Notes: generated from the sequence alone by a model not told the origin. Shown: positions 18,839 through 27,975, counted from the stretch's first letter. The stretch is DNA of 64,000 bases from Candidatus Peribacteria bacterium (GCA_041691135.1 JBEPVF010000007.1:13377-77376), one strand, 5' to 3'. Numbers and translations are program-made.

Positions 18839-19477
18839 GTGACTAACCAATTCTTGATTTTGACAGGCTTCTCGCCGTACAAGTTCCATCCTGTTACCGG
18901 TTGCGAGCTTGACGCTCTTGTCCTACTGGACCCCATCTATGGCGTGTTCGGTCAACCTGGAGACCCTCTGGATCCGATCATCTTTTTTGATGAAAAGGAC
19001 GAACCGGATATCAGGCACTGGAAGTTCGATCCTCGCACGCGACACCCGTGGAAGCATCCGGAACTCCGCTCGGATTGGCCCAAGTTTCCCAGTTGCTACA
19101 GTGCGGAGCAGTTGGATCGCGGCCAGGCGATGATCATTCATCCAATCACGGCAGTACTGTTGAATCTGTTGCCTCGGTGTTACAGGTGTATCAATGACTA
19201 CTCTGATCAGGAGATGAGAGTCGCGGAGCAGTTTCCCAACTTCCATGCACCAAGTTCTTTTCCTTGGGACCTCGACTACTGCGAAGAATCCATGCAGTTC
19301 GTCGAACACGAACATGGAGGGGGCAGGCAAAGAAAGCGTTACCACGGGCGCATTGGAACGGGATTCAATATGTACGAGCTGGTCAGTTCGTACCCGTACC
19401 ACTGGCTTTACGATCCGTTCACAGGCAGATACCTTCAAGAAGAGGAGGTCGAAGGTGACAAGCATCAAGCTGGTTGA
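18839..19477 (+). CDS. HPxTG/HWKFDP-domain protein 1 (two domain copies)
   Basis: GGAGGA SD before GTG 18839; FHPVTG...HWKFDPRT, then HPITA...YPYHWLYDPFTG. Confidence 0.8.
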   Translation: MTNQFLILTGFSPYKFHPVTGCELDALVLLDPIYGVFGQPGDPLDPIIFFDEKDEPDIRHWKFDPRTRHPWKHPELRSDWPKFPSCYSAEQLDRGQAMIIHPITAVLLNLLPRCYRCINDYSDQEMRVAEQFPNFHAPSSFPWDLDYCEESMQFVEHEHGGGRQRKRYHGRIGTGFNMYELVSSYPYHWLYDPFTGRYLQEEEVEGDKHQAG

Positions 19478-19823
19478 ACACGGTATCTTCCCGCGAGCAT
19501 ATCGCTCGTTCCAGCTCGACTGGGGCTTGGATATGCTCCGGCATCCGGTGACGGGTGATGTGCTGTCTCGTCAGATGCCGTACGATCACGATAAGCATGT
19601 TTGCTACATCCGTATCCTCCATACTCGTGGGGGATGGAAAGCGCCGACCGTCTCTTACCGATTCCTCCCACGAATCGGCTTGGGTCAGGACGTCTCTAAA
19701 GGCGATCTCTTCCCGGCACACTGGAAGTTCGATCCCTACGAGCAGGAAAGTACGGTGGCGGCAGTGTCGACAGTTATTGTGACCACGACTGCTGTGCCGA
19801 TGGGTGGTTGGGCGATGGACTGA
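19455..19823 (+). CDS. HPxTG/HWKFDP-domain protein 2
   Basis: GAGGAGG SD before GTG 19455; RHPVTG...FPAHWKFDPY. Confidence 0.8.
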   Translation: MTSIKLVEHGIFPRAYRSFQLDWGLDMLRHPVTGDVLSRQMPYDHDKHVCYIRILHTRGGWKAPTVSYRFLPRIGLGQDVSKGDLFPAHWKFDPYEQESTVAAVSTVIVTTTAVPMGGWAMD

Positions 19824-19839
19824 GAAAGGAGAATCCGCA

Positions 19840-20139
19840 ATGCAACGAGTCTTCACAGACTGGTATAGGCCTCGTCAGATGATCCAGGGAATCGGGCTTA
19901 CTTTCCATCCCATCGTGGGCTTGGAACTTAAGGACCTGGTCTATCATGCCATGGACGGTCGTTTGTCTCTTCGGAATCCAGGGAACTGGCTCATGAAGCA
20001 GGGCCTCTCTCCCTCAGCGTGCGAAGTCATCGAGGAAATCTACTTTCCATGCATCACCGACGGAAGGGATGACTACACTGTGGGCAGCCCATACCCGCAG
20101 CACTGGAAGTTCGATCCCTTCACAGGTGAACCTTTGTGA
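19840..20139 (+). CDS. HPxTG/HWKFDP-domain protein 3
   Basis: AAGGAG SD before ATG 19840; FHPIVG...YPQHWKFDPFTGEPL. Confidence 0.8.
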   Translation: MQRVFTDWYRPRQMIQGIGLTFHPIVGLELKDLVYHAMDGRLSLRNPGNWLMKQGLSPSACEVIEEIYFPCITDGRDDYTVGSPYPQHWKFDPFTGEPL

Positions 20140-20147
20140 GGAGAACA

Positions 20148-20459
20148 ATGCACAGACGACGTTTTCGTGTCCCCTATCGTGCTGCCGAGCTCAATGCCGG
20201 CGTCACCATGGCGTACCACCCGGTGACCGGGCGCAAGCTCCGGTCACTCAGCTACTGCGATCGATGCTGTTGTTACTACTTCATCGAGCGTGAGTATGAG
20301 CCCGGCCTTTCGATTTTCGGTCTTGATGCGACGGTTACCGAAACGAAAGTATATCTGCCGATGATTAGTGTCGGCCAAGGCGTCGATGCCGATGAGCTCT
20401 ACCCGGCTCACTGGAAGTTTGATCCGTTCCTCGGAGCATTGATCAATGACTCCGTGTGA
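20148..20459 (+). CDS. HPxTG/HWKFDP-domain protein 4
   Basis: GAGGAG SD before ATG 20148; YHPVTG...YPAHWKFDPFLG. Confidence 0.8.
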   Translation: MHRRRFRVPYRAAELNAGVTMAYHPVTGRKLRSLSYCDRCCCYYFIEREYEPGLSIFGLDATVTETKVYLPMISVGQGVDADELYPAHWKFDPFLGALINDSV

Positions 20460-20485
20460 ATCCTCCGATAACCCTTCAGTAGCCT

Positions 20486-20523
20486 ACCCCTCCCATTGTC
20501 CATTCGGACCGGGAGGGGTTTTT
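20486..20523 (+). terminator. intrinsic terminator
   Basis: ACCCCTCCC...GTCC-ATTC-GGAC...GGGAGGGGT followed by a T-run. Confidence 0.8.
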
Positions 20524-20621
20524 ATTGTGCATGCATACAGTAATTCTGTTTTAGCATTTGGGGCGCTGCTGCTTTCTGCGCGGTGGGTAGCCAGAAGCAT
20601 ATTCAGCATGAGTTTTGCCGT

Positions 20622-20805
20622 ACCCCATCCCTAGCCCTTCCCCCGCCTCCTCCATTCTTGTTCTGAGAAAATCAGACTTTTTTTCTAAATGACACATCTT
20701 CAGAGGCTTTCACGGGGAAGGGAATGTTTCTGTTTTGTTCTCTCGCCCTTCCCCGTGTTGGCGTATGGGAGGGCCGGGGAAGGTGCCCCGCAGGGCAGAT
20801 GGGGT
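20622..20805. mobile_element. 184-bp MITE/REPIN-like element, family 2, copy 2 (inverted)
   Basis: Near-exact reverse complement of 9597-9780. Confidence 0.85.
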
Positions 20806-20905
20806 ACACAAGCTGACGATGAATCGGATACCCAGGAACTCACCGCACAGAAAGCGACAGCGCCAATCTGAAAATTCAGAAGAGCACACGGCTATCAATC
20901 ATGAT

Positions 20906-20930
20906 AAAAAAGGACGGCGTTTACCGTCCT
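20906..20930 (-). terminator. glnA intrinsic terminator
   Basis: Minus strand AGGACGG-TAAACG-CCGTCCT followed by TTTTT. Confidence 0.75.
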
Positions 20931-20952
20931 GATTCACTACAGTGGTTTTGCC

Positions 20953-22365
20953 TTATACGTCGTAGTAGCGGAAGAATTCACTCGGGCTCGGACGCTTGCG
21001 CTCATCGGCCACTTCATCGCGTTTCACGTCGATGAAGTCGCGCAGATAGTCTTCGGTAAACACACCTGACGACAGCAGGAACTCATGATCCTTGTCGAGC
21101 GCATCCAGGGCTTTATCGAGCGTCTCTGGTGCATGTGGAATTTTGGTGAGCTTCTTCGGATCCATGTGATACAGATTCTCATCAGTGGGAGCGCCCGGGT
21201 CGATCTTGTTCTTGATGCCGTCCAGACCGGCTAACAGCATGGCCGAGAAGGCGACATATGGGTTGCAGGCGGGGTCTGGCGAGCGGAACTCTACGCGCTT
21301 GGCTTTGGGGCTTTGCGAATACATCGGGATGCGGAAAGCAGCACTGCGATTGCGGGCCGAGTAGATGAAGTTCACCGGCGCTTCGAATCCGGGCACCAGA
21401 CGCTTGTAGCTGTTGGTGGTGGGGTTACAGATGGCGCACAGCGCCTGAGCGTGTTTGAGGATGCCGCCCATGTAATGCAAAGCCATCTTGGACAGACCGG
21501 CGTACTCATTGCCGGCGAAGAGGGGTTTGCCTGCCTTCCATAGACTCATATGCGTATGCATACCGGAGCCGTTGTCGCCGTAGATCGGCTTGGGCATAAA
21601 GGTGACGGTCTTGCCATAGCGCTGGGCCACGTTGCGGACGATGTACTTGTAGCGCGTCAGCTTGTCGGCCATGCGGAACATCTCGTCGTACTTCATATCA
21701 ATCTCGGCCTGACCGCCGGTAGCGACTTCGTGGTGGAACGTCTCGATCTCGATGCCGGCCTTTTCCAATTCCATCACCATGGCGGCTCGTACATCTTGAT
21801 GCTTGTCGGCGGGCGAAGCAGGGAAGTAGCCTTCTTTGTGACGGATCTTGTAGCCCAAGTTTCCACCCTCGCAATCGTCCTCGCCGCAGTTCCATGTCGC
21901 TTCCTCGCTGTCCACGCGGTAGTGCGCATCCCCAATACCGGCGTTGTAGCTCACATGGTCGAAAATGAAGAACTCGGCTTCGGGCCCGTAGTACGCCTTA
22001 TCGGCCAAACCGGTTTTCTTCAGGTAGTCTATGGCCTTGCGGGCGATGGAGCGCGGGCTGCGGGCGTAGAGTTTATTGGTGATCGGTTCGTGTACGTCGC
22101 ACAGGAGCGAGAGCGTCGGTTCTTCGGTGAACGGATCGATCATGGCGGTGGCTAAGTCAGGGATCAGGAGCATGTCCGATTCCTGGATCTGCTGGAAGCC
22201 CCGGATACTGGAACCGTCGAATCCGGCGCCGCCGTCCAGCACATCTTCGAGCTGGTGGATGGGTTTGCTCGTGTGATGGAGCGTGCCGGGTACATCGACA
22301 AAAGTGAGATCCAGGACGGTGCACTTATTCTTCTTGGCGAAGGCGATGAGGTCTTTGCTGTTCAT
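20953..22365 (-). CDS. glnA: type I glutamine synthetase
   Basis: [56 protein letters not shown] and EFRSPD motifs; NLY adenylylation-site motif. Confidence 0.97.
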   Translation of the reverse strand: MNSKDLIAFAKKNKCTVLDLTFVDVPGTLHHTSKPIHQLEDVLDGGAGFDGSSIRGFQQIQESDMLLIPDLATAMIDPFTEEPTLSLLCDVHEPITNKLYARSPRSIARKAIDYLKKTGLADKAYYGPEAEFFIFDHVSYNAGIGDAHYRVDSEEATWNCGEDDCEGGNLGYKIRHKEGYFPASPADKHQDVRAAMVMELEKAGIEIETFHHEVATGGQAEIDMKYDEMFRMADKLTRYKYIVRNVAQRYGKTVTFMPKPIYGDNGSGMHTHMSLWKAGKPLFAGNEYAGLSKMALHYMGGILKHAQALCAICNPTTNSYKRLVPGFEAPVNFIYSARNRSAAFRIPMYSQSPKAKRVEFRSPDPACNPYVAFSAMLLAGLDGIKNKIDPGAPTDENLYHMDPKKLTKIPHAPETLDKALDALDKDHEFLLSSGVFTEDYLRDFIDVKRDEVADERKRPSPSEFFRYYDV

Positions 22366-22597
22366 ACAATTGGAGAGAAGTAATGAAGTAAATACACATC
22401 TCTTTTCGCTTTTTTCGGCATTATTTTCAAGAGCACGGCGTTAAACTTTTTTGTTTTGTTCATTTTATTTACAACGAAGTGAAAGCATCACTTTTTGCCT
22501 TTGATAAGATCAAAATTAGATATCACGGCTGATGCATGTTTCGGATGGTTTCTTTTTCGTTGTTCAAAACAATAACGACTTGCTACACTCTTGAAGT

Positions 22598-23359
22598 ATG
22601 GCCACAGACCTCCACTATGTTCTCCGTTCAGTCGGGTTCGACGAAAAAGAAACGCAGCTCTATTTGGCAGGCTTACAGCTCGGTCCGGCGCCCGCATCGG
22701 ACTATGCCAAAGCAGCGACACTCAATCGTATCACTGCATACAACACGCTTGAGTCCCTAGCGCAGCGCGGGTACTTCACGATTCTCAAAAAAGCACGGGG
22801 CAAATGCTACGCCCCGGTGTCGCCGGAATATCTGGCATTGGAGGCGCGCAAGAACGTGGCGGCGCTCGATCGGGCACTGCCGGAACTGCGATCGATGCAG
22901 GGAGTGAAATACCGTCGTCCCAATGTGCGGTTTTTTGAAGGATGGGAGGGGATGCGGCATGTGTACGAAGACACACTGAGCGCCAAATCAGAAGTACTGA
23001 ACTTTGCAAACTCGGCGGTAGTACGTACTTTCTGGCCGCAATACGATGACGAATATGTAGCCGAACGCGTAAAGCGCGGCATTCGTCTGCGTGGCATTTG
23101 TCCCAACGATACGATCGGCCGTCAGGTGCATGGCGAGGACAAACAACATCTGCGCGAGATCCGCTTGGTCCCGGCCAGTGAGTTCGATTTCACCAACGAG
23201 ATCAACATTTACGATCACAAAGTGGCGATCTGTTCGTTCGCATCCGGACCGCGTGGCGACAGCGATATGTTCGGCGTCATCATCGAAAGCAAAGAAGTCG
23301 CCGAAACGCAGCGGCAAATTTTTGAAATGGCGTGGCGGTATGCAGGGAGGAAGAAGTAA
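22598..23359 (+). CDS. TrmB-family transcriptional regulator
   Basis: N-terminal HTH (GFDEKETQLYLAGLQLG...NRITAYNTL), VRFFEGWEG and EINIYDHKVAI; divergent from glnA. Confidence 0.88.
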   Translation: MATDLHYVLRSVGFDEKETQLYLAGLQLGPAPASDYAKAATLNRITAYNTLESLAQRGYFTILKKARGKCYAPVSPEYLALEARKNVAALDRALPELRSMQGVKYRRPNVRFFEGWEGMRHVYEDTLSAKSEVLNFANSAVVRTFWPQYDDEYVAERVKRGIRLRGICPNDTIGRQVHGEDKQHLREIRLVPASEFDFTNEINIYDHKVAICSFASGPRGDSDMFGVIIESKEVAETQRQIFEMAWRYAGRKK

Positions 23360-23371
23360 CTTTTCCTCGCC

Positions 23372-23738
23372 CAGCAGCAGCCGTCCCCGGCTGCGGTGTC
23401 TGATTGTTAATCAAACACATTCTTCACACGCAGAGCGCCGTAACTCGGCGCGGTGCTGAGGTGTTTGCCTGCACAAAATTTTTTCAATCGCTCAGGGTGT
23501 TCTTTTTCTTGTCTCCCCGCGACAAGAAAAAGAACCAAAAAGAAGCGCATCCGACTTCGCCTGCGGGCTACGCCGGACAGGCCGCCTCTATGACCCACCT
23601 CACTTCCTTGTCGCGCCTAACGGTTTGCGACAAGGAAGTTCGTACCCACCTATCCCCACCACATAGGCGGAGGGACTGTTCCCTGGAATAGCGAACGTGC
23701 GAAGAGGTTAGGCGGCCTTTAGCCGCCTGGGTGTAGTG
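23372..23738. repeat. structured dispersed repeat, family 1, copy B (longest; carries a ~32-bp nested insert)
   Basis: Contains all modules seen in copies A and C. Confidence 0.92.
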
Positions 23739-23830
23739 AAGGGGGTCCTCGGATTCATCGGCGCCCTCGGCACCGTCGGATTCCTCATTAACAAACCCTC
23801 TTCCACTCTGCTACCATCCCCTGAAAAACC

Positions 23831-25111
23831 ATGCCCCCCCGACGCACGAGTGGTTCATCGGCTTCAGTGTCTCGTCTTCAAGATGAGCTTTCCTTTACGA
23901 AGCCGGCGCCGGGACCACGCAAGAGCAGGGCGATGCCCTTACTTTTTCTGGTGGTAGGCGTGATGGGACTCACTTTTTTCGCTTCGCCGGCAACGCAGGG
24001 TGCCGTGCGCGGATGGGTGGGTGGTGAACAGGCGAAGACGGATCAGACGATTGATACCAGCAAGTTTCTGGCATCATTTTTACATTTCAAAAACCGTACG
24101 GCCGACGAAGGGCCGGTCATCACTGATCCGCCGGTCAATCCGTATAACAAACGCGGCGTGTATCTGGCGGCCAGCAGCGTGGCGAATCCGGTTTTCTATG
24201 ATCAGACGATCAAGAACCTACTCGACAGTGGTGGTTCCTCCTTTGTCTTCGACGTGAAGGGGCCGTTCGTATACTTCGAGAGCGACGCGGCGATTGCCAA
24301 GGAGCTCAAGCTCTCGTTGCCGCTCTACGATTTACCGGCAGTGATTAAGAAAGCGCACGACAAAGGCCTGTATACGATCGCGCGTTTTATCGCGCTCAAA
24401 GACCCGCTTTTTTCTCAGCGGGTACCGGAAGTGCAAATTCGCAATCCCAAGACGGGCCACAGTTTGGGTGATGTGTGGGTCGATGGAATAGCGCCGATCA
24501 CGCTTGAATTTAACAGGCAGATTCTGAAGAGCCTGCTCCAATCTGACGTCGACGAAGTGAACTTCGACTACATCCGCTATCCGAGCGAGTACGCACAGTC
24601 ATCCATCAATCTTACTGGCGACGAGAAGGCCGATCACGTCGAGGCGTTTCTCAAAATGGCCAAGGAAACGCGTGATGAAGTGAACCCCCACACCAAGCTC
24701 GGCATCAGTACATACGCAATTCTGGGCTGGTCGTTCAAGATCAATAAAGAGGCGATCGGTCAGGACTTCATCCGCTTCGCGCCGCTCGTGGACGTGATTT
24801 CGCCGATGGCGTATCCGCAAACATTCTCGGAGAATGCATACTACTACCCGGGTCGCGATCCAGGCAGCCGCGATTACTATTTGGTCTACCGCACGCTCAC
24901 CGGCTACCGCGACCTGCTGCCACCCGAACACCGCAACAAGATTCGCCCGTGGATCCAGGGATACTACACCACCGTGCAGGACATGAAGGACCAGATGCAG
25001 GCTGTCTACGATGCCGGCTACTGCGGATTCCAGGTGTGGAATGCGAATAATCACTACGATGTTACATATCCGGCGATCAAGGCCATGAAGGTGCCGGCAG
25101 AGTGCCAATAG
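23831..25111 (+). CDS. putative glycoside hydrolase (DUF4015-like TIM barrel), membrane anchored
   Basis: RGVYL, VFDVK, IARFIALKD, DEVNFDYIRYP, ISPMAYP and IRPWIQ motifs. Confidence 0.85.
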   Translation: MPPRRTSGSSASVSRLQDELSFTKPAPGPRKSRAMPLLFLVVGVMGLTFFASPATQGAVRGWVGGEQAKTDQTIDTSKFLASFLHFKNRTADEGPVITDPPVNPYNKRGVYLAASSVANPVFYDQTIKNLLDSGGSSFVFDVKGPFVYFESDAAIAKELKLSLPLYDLPAVIKKAHDKGLYTIARFIALKDPLFSQRVPEVQIRNPKTGHSLGDVWVDGIAPITLEFNRQILKSLLQSDVDEVNFDYIRYPSEYAQSSINLTGDEKADHVEAFLKMAKETRDEVNPHTKLGISTYAILGWSFKINKEAIGQDFIRFAPLVDVISPMAYPQTFSENAYYYPGRDPGSRDYYLVYRTLTGYRDLLPPEHRNKIRPWIQGYYTTVQDMKDQMQAVYDAGYCGFQVWNANNHYDVTYPAIKAMKVPAECQ

Positions 25112-25196
25112 TTCGCGTAATTATTGACTTATTATCATTTTTGTTTAAAAATACGTTTAGTGGTCATTGAATTCAGTGTCTAGAGGAGAGAAAAGG

Positions 25197-25460
25197 ATGT
25201 CGGATGTCCAATTGGTTCTCGTTCTGTGTGTTGTGGCGAGTACAGGGATGTATTTTCTCAACAGACATCGGGCGAAAAAGTATCCTTCGGGCTCAGAACT
25301 CCGAGCAAAGCTGCGAAAAGCGCGACACTCCAGTGAGGCAAACTTGCTCAAGTATGAGCGTGCCGTTAAGGCCCCAGAAAGAGCGAGCTTGGCAATGAAG
25401 TTTGCGATCGGCTTTCTCATGATTCTTGCACTGACTTACGTTCGAAGCGTGCTCCCATGA
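25197..25460 (+). CDS. small two-TM hypothetical protein
   Basis: AGGAG/AAGG upstream of ATG 25197; TTGACT at 25124; GC-rich palindrome GGGGGCGACGTCGCCCCC downstream. Confidence 0.6.
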   Translation: MSDVQLVLVLCVVASTGMYFLNRHRAKKYPSGSELRAKLRKARHSSEANLLKYERAVKAPERASLAMKFAIGFLMILALTYVRSVLP

Positions 25461-25542
25461 TGCTCGCCGATGACTGCACGCGGGGGCGACGTCGCCCCCT
25501 TCTTTATCGATTTTTGTCGCGTGTTCCGTGTATCATAGTCGC

Positions 25543-26388
25543 ATGCGCCAGTACCTCGATCTCCTCCAAACCGTTCTCGACAAGGGCCAGAAGAAAGACG
25601 ATCGAACCGGTACGGGGACACTGAGTATGTTTGGCTATCAGATGCGGTTTCATTTAAATGACGGATTTCCGCTGCTGACGACTAAAAAGCTCCACACACG
25701 TTCGATTTTCCACGAACTGCTCTGGTTTTTGAAAGGCGAGACAAAGATCAATTACCTGCGCGAGAATGGTGTGACGATTTGGGATGAGTGGGCGACGGCC
25801 GAGAAGACGGGAAAGTTCGAACGGTCGGAAGGAGACTTGGGTCCTGTCTACGGTCATCAGTGGCGCAATTTCGGAGCGACGCTCAAGCCTGATGGATCGT
25901 ACGAACAGGATGGCGTCGATCAAGTTAGTCGATTGATTGAGGGACTGAAGAAGAACCCGAGCAGCCGTCGGCACATCATCTCGGGCTGGAATCCGAAGGA
26001 AGCGGATCAGGTGGAGCTGCCGCCGTGCCACACGTTGTTTCAATTCTATGTATCAGCGGATAAGAAGCTGAGCTGTCAGCTGTACCAGCGCAGCGCCGAT
26101 ATCTTCCTGGGCGTGCCGTTCAACATCGCCTCGTACGCGCTGCTCACACATATGATCGCGCAGGTGTGCGACTACGGCGTCGGGGACTTCGTACATACAC
26201 TGGGTGACGCACATCTGTATTTGAATCATCTCGATCAGGCGAAGGAACAGCTCAGTCGTGGAGCACGGCCTTTGCCTCAACTGAAATTGAACCCGGCAGT
26301 GAAGGATATTTTTGACTTCAAGTTCGAGGATATTGAGATCATTGGCTACGACCCGCATCCGAGTATCAAGGCACCAATTGCCGTTTAG
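25543..26388 (+). CDS. thyA: thymidylate synthase
   Basis: [44 protein letters not shown] and GDAHLY motifs. Confidence 0.97.
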   Translation: MRQYLDLLQTVLDKGQKKDDRTGTGTLSMFGYQMRFHLNDGFPLLTTKKLHTRSIFHELLWFLKGETKINYLRENGVTIWDEWATAEKTGKFERSEGDLGPVYGHQWRNFGATLKPDGSYEQDGVDQVSRLIEGLKKNPSSRRHIISGWNPKEADQVELPPCHTLFQFYVSADKKLSCQLYQRSADIFLGVPFNIASYALLTHMIAQVCDYGVGDFVHTLGDAHLYLNHLDQAKEQLSRGARPLPQLKLNPAVKDIFDFKFEDIEIIGYDPHPSIKAPIAV

Positions 26389-26455
26389 TAGACAAAAATT
26401 TACTTTGTTAGTAGCGTAACTCTGTCTTCCCACTTGGTCCTTTTGGAGAAAGCAC

Positions 26456-26683
26456 GTGAGAAATCCTTTGTTCAAGGCGGTGTTTACGCTGATCTTTGCA
26501 CTCGCCCTCCTGGGCGATGCTGGATCGGTGACCGCCCAAATGATCATTGTGGCGCTTCTGTGCACCATCTATGGATTGATGGCGCTTGCTCTAGTTCTAA
26601 CGGTTCTTATGAGGCCCCTCGATCGCCTAGTCGACCTCGTACAGGACTGTCGGTACGGAGATTACCGTTACTGGCCTCGGTGA
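26456..26683 (+). CDS. small two-TM hypothetical protein inserted between thyA and folA
   Basis: GGAG before GTG; two hydrophobic helices; own terminator. Confidence 0.6.
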   Translation: MRNPLFKAVFTLIFALALLGDAGSVTAQMIIVALLCTIYGLMALALVLTVLMRPLDRLVDLVQDCRYGDYRYWPR

Positions 26684-26698
26684 GTCCGAAGACGTCCG

Positions 26699-26733
26699 TC
26701 CCTGTCGTCGCGCGAGCGGCGACAGGGATTTTT
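26699..26733 (+). terminator. intrinsic terminator
   Basis: 13-bp stem TCCCTGTCGTCGC/GCGGCGACAGGGA, GCGA tetraloop, TTTTT. Confidence 0.85.
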
Positions 26734-26759
26734 CTCAGGAGGTGTGGCAAGATGGAGAC

Positions 26760-27266
26760 GTGATCCTCTCGTTGGTGTTAGCGGCATCGGAAAACAACGT
26801 GATTGGCGACAGCCAGGCAGCGAACCATGCTATTCCGTGGCATCTGCCGAACGACTTCAAACATTTTCGTGATCTCACCAAGGGTAAGCCGGTGATCGTG
26901 GGACGCAAGACGATGGAGAAGATTGGACGATTACTTCCAGGGCGGCGAAACATCGTGATCACCCGCGGCGATGCAGTGCCGTTCGAAGGAGCGGAGCGCG
27001 CAGGTTCATTAGAGGAGGCAATCGAGTTGGCCAAGCAGGGGAACCCCGAAGAGATCTGTGTGATTGGTGGCGGCGAAATTTACCGTCAGGCGCTGTCGAT
27101 TGCGGATCGGGTGTATCTGACACGGGTGCATGCGACAGTGGAGGGTGATACGACTTTTCCGGGGTTAGATGATGCGTGGAAGGAAGTTTCTCGCGAAATG
27201 CATAGTGCCGATGAGGAGCACAAGTATGCGTATACGTTTTTGGTGTTCGAAAAAAGAGAAAAGTAG
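26760..27266 (+). CDS. folA: dihydrofolate reductase
   Basis: NNVIG, IPWHLPNDFKHF, GRKT, LPGRRNIV, IGGGEIY and GDTTFP motifs. Confidence 0.96.
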   Translation: MILSLVLAASENNVIGDSQAANHAIPWHLPNDFKHFRDLTKGKPVIVGRKTMEKIGRLLPGRRNIVITRGDAVPFEGAERAGSLEEAIELAKQGNPEEICVIGGGEIYRQALSIADRVYLTRVHATVEGDTTFPGLDDAWKEVSREMHSADEEHKYAYTFLVFEKREK

Positions 27267-27535
27267 AGCGCCGTCTCTCGGCGCGGCTCTGAGGTCTTGG
27301 CCTGCACAAACTTTTCCAATCGCTCAGGGTGTTCTTTTTCTTGTCTCCCCGCGACAAGAAAAAGAACCAAAAAGAAGCGCACCGCCTATGACCCACCTCG
27401 CCCTGCTGTCGCGCCTGTGGGCTGGCGACAGCAGGGCTTGTAACCACTCATCCCCACCACATAGTCGGAGGGGTGTTTGCCTGGAATACCGAACGTGCGA
27501 AGAAGTTAGGCGGCTGTAGCCGCCTGGGAGTAGTG
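27265..27535. repeat. structured dispersed repeat, family 1, copy C
   Basis: Begins at the folA stop codon; shares the AGAGCGCCG...CTCAG module with copy B and the core with A and B. Confidence 0.92.
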
Positions 27536-27693
27536 AATGGGTCCTCGGATTCCTCGGCGCCGTCGGTTCCCTCGGGTTTCTCCTACTTCAAAATAGTCGA
27601 CTTTCTCTCTTGAATTAGAGGGAAAGCGAAATTTTTCTGTCATCGAAGGTCCTTTTACTTTTCTTCCAGATTTTCACTTCTATTATTGTTGCC

Positions 27694-27975
27694 ATGGCAT
27701 TAGAAGCACCACCACAGGCATTGCCTTACGAGCTGCCCCCTATCGAGCAGATTGAGGCAATAAAAGAGCGAGAAGCCGCAAGGGCGACCACGATTGATGA
27801 GTACACTCGGAATGTAGAGGCACTTGCCGCGCAGCTGATGCAACCGGGGTTCGGTCCTCGTGTCGTTACCACGACAGAGGTACAACCCCAGCCGACTGCC
27901 GCACCAGCTCCTGCTCCCACACCAGGCGGAGAGGGGGCAGGTAGAGGTGGAAGCGCTGGAGGTGGAGGCGCCTAG
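27694..27975 (+). CDS. hypothetical protein, Pro/Gly-rich tail
   Basis: 93-aa ORF with a helical middle and low-complexity tail; shares an upstream motif with the next gene. Confidence 0.6.
   Translation: MALEAPPQALPYELPPIEQIEAIKEREAARATTIDEYTRNVEALAAQLMQPGFGPRVVTTTEVQPQPTAAPAPAPTPGGEGAGRGGSAGGGGA

Noticed and set aside
18839-20459. Diversity-generating retroelement explaining the variable domains
   Set aside because: No reverse transcriptase and no template/variable repeat pair differing only at adenines; divergence between units is general.
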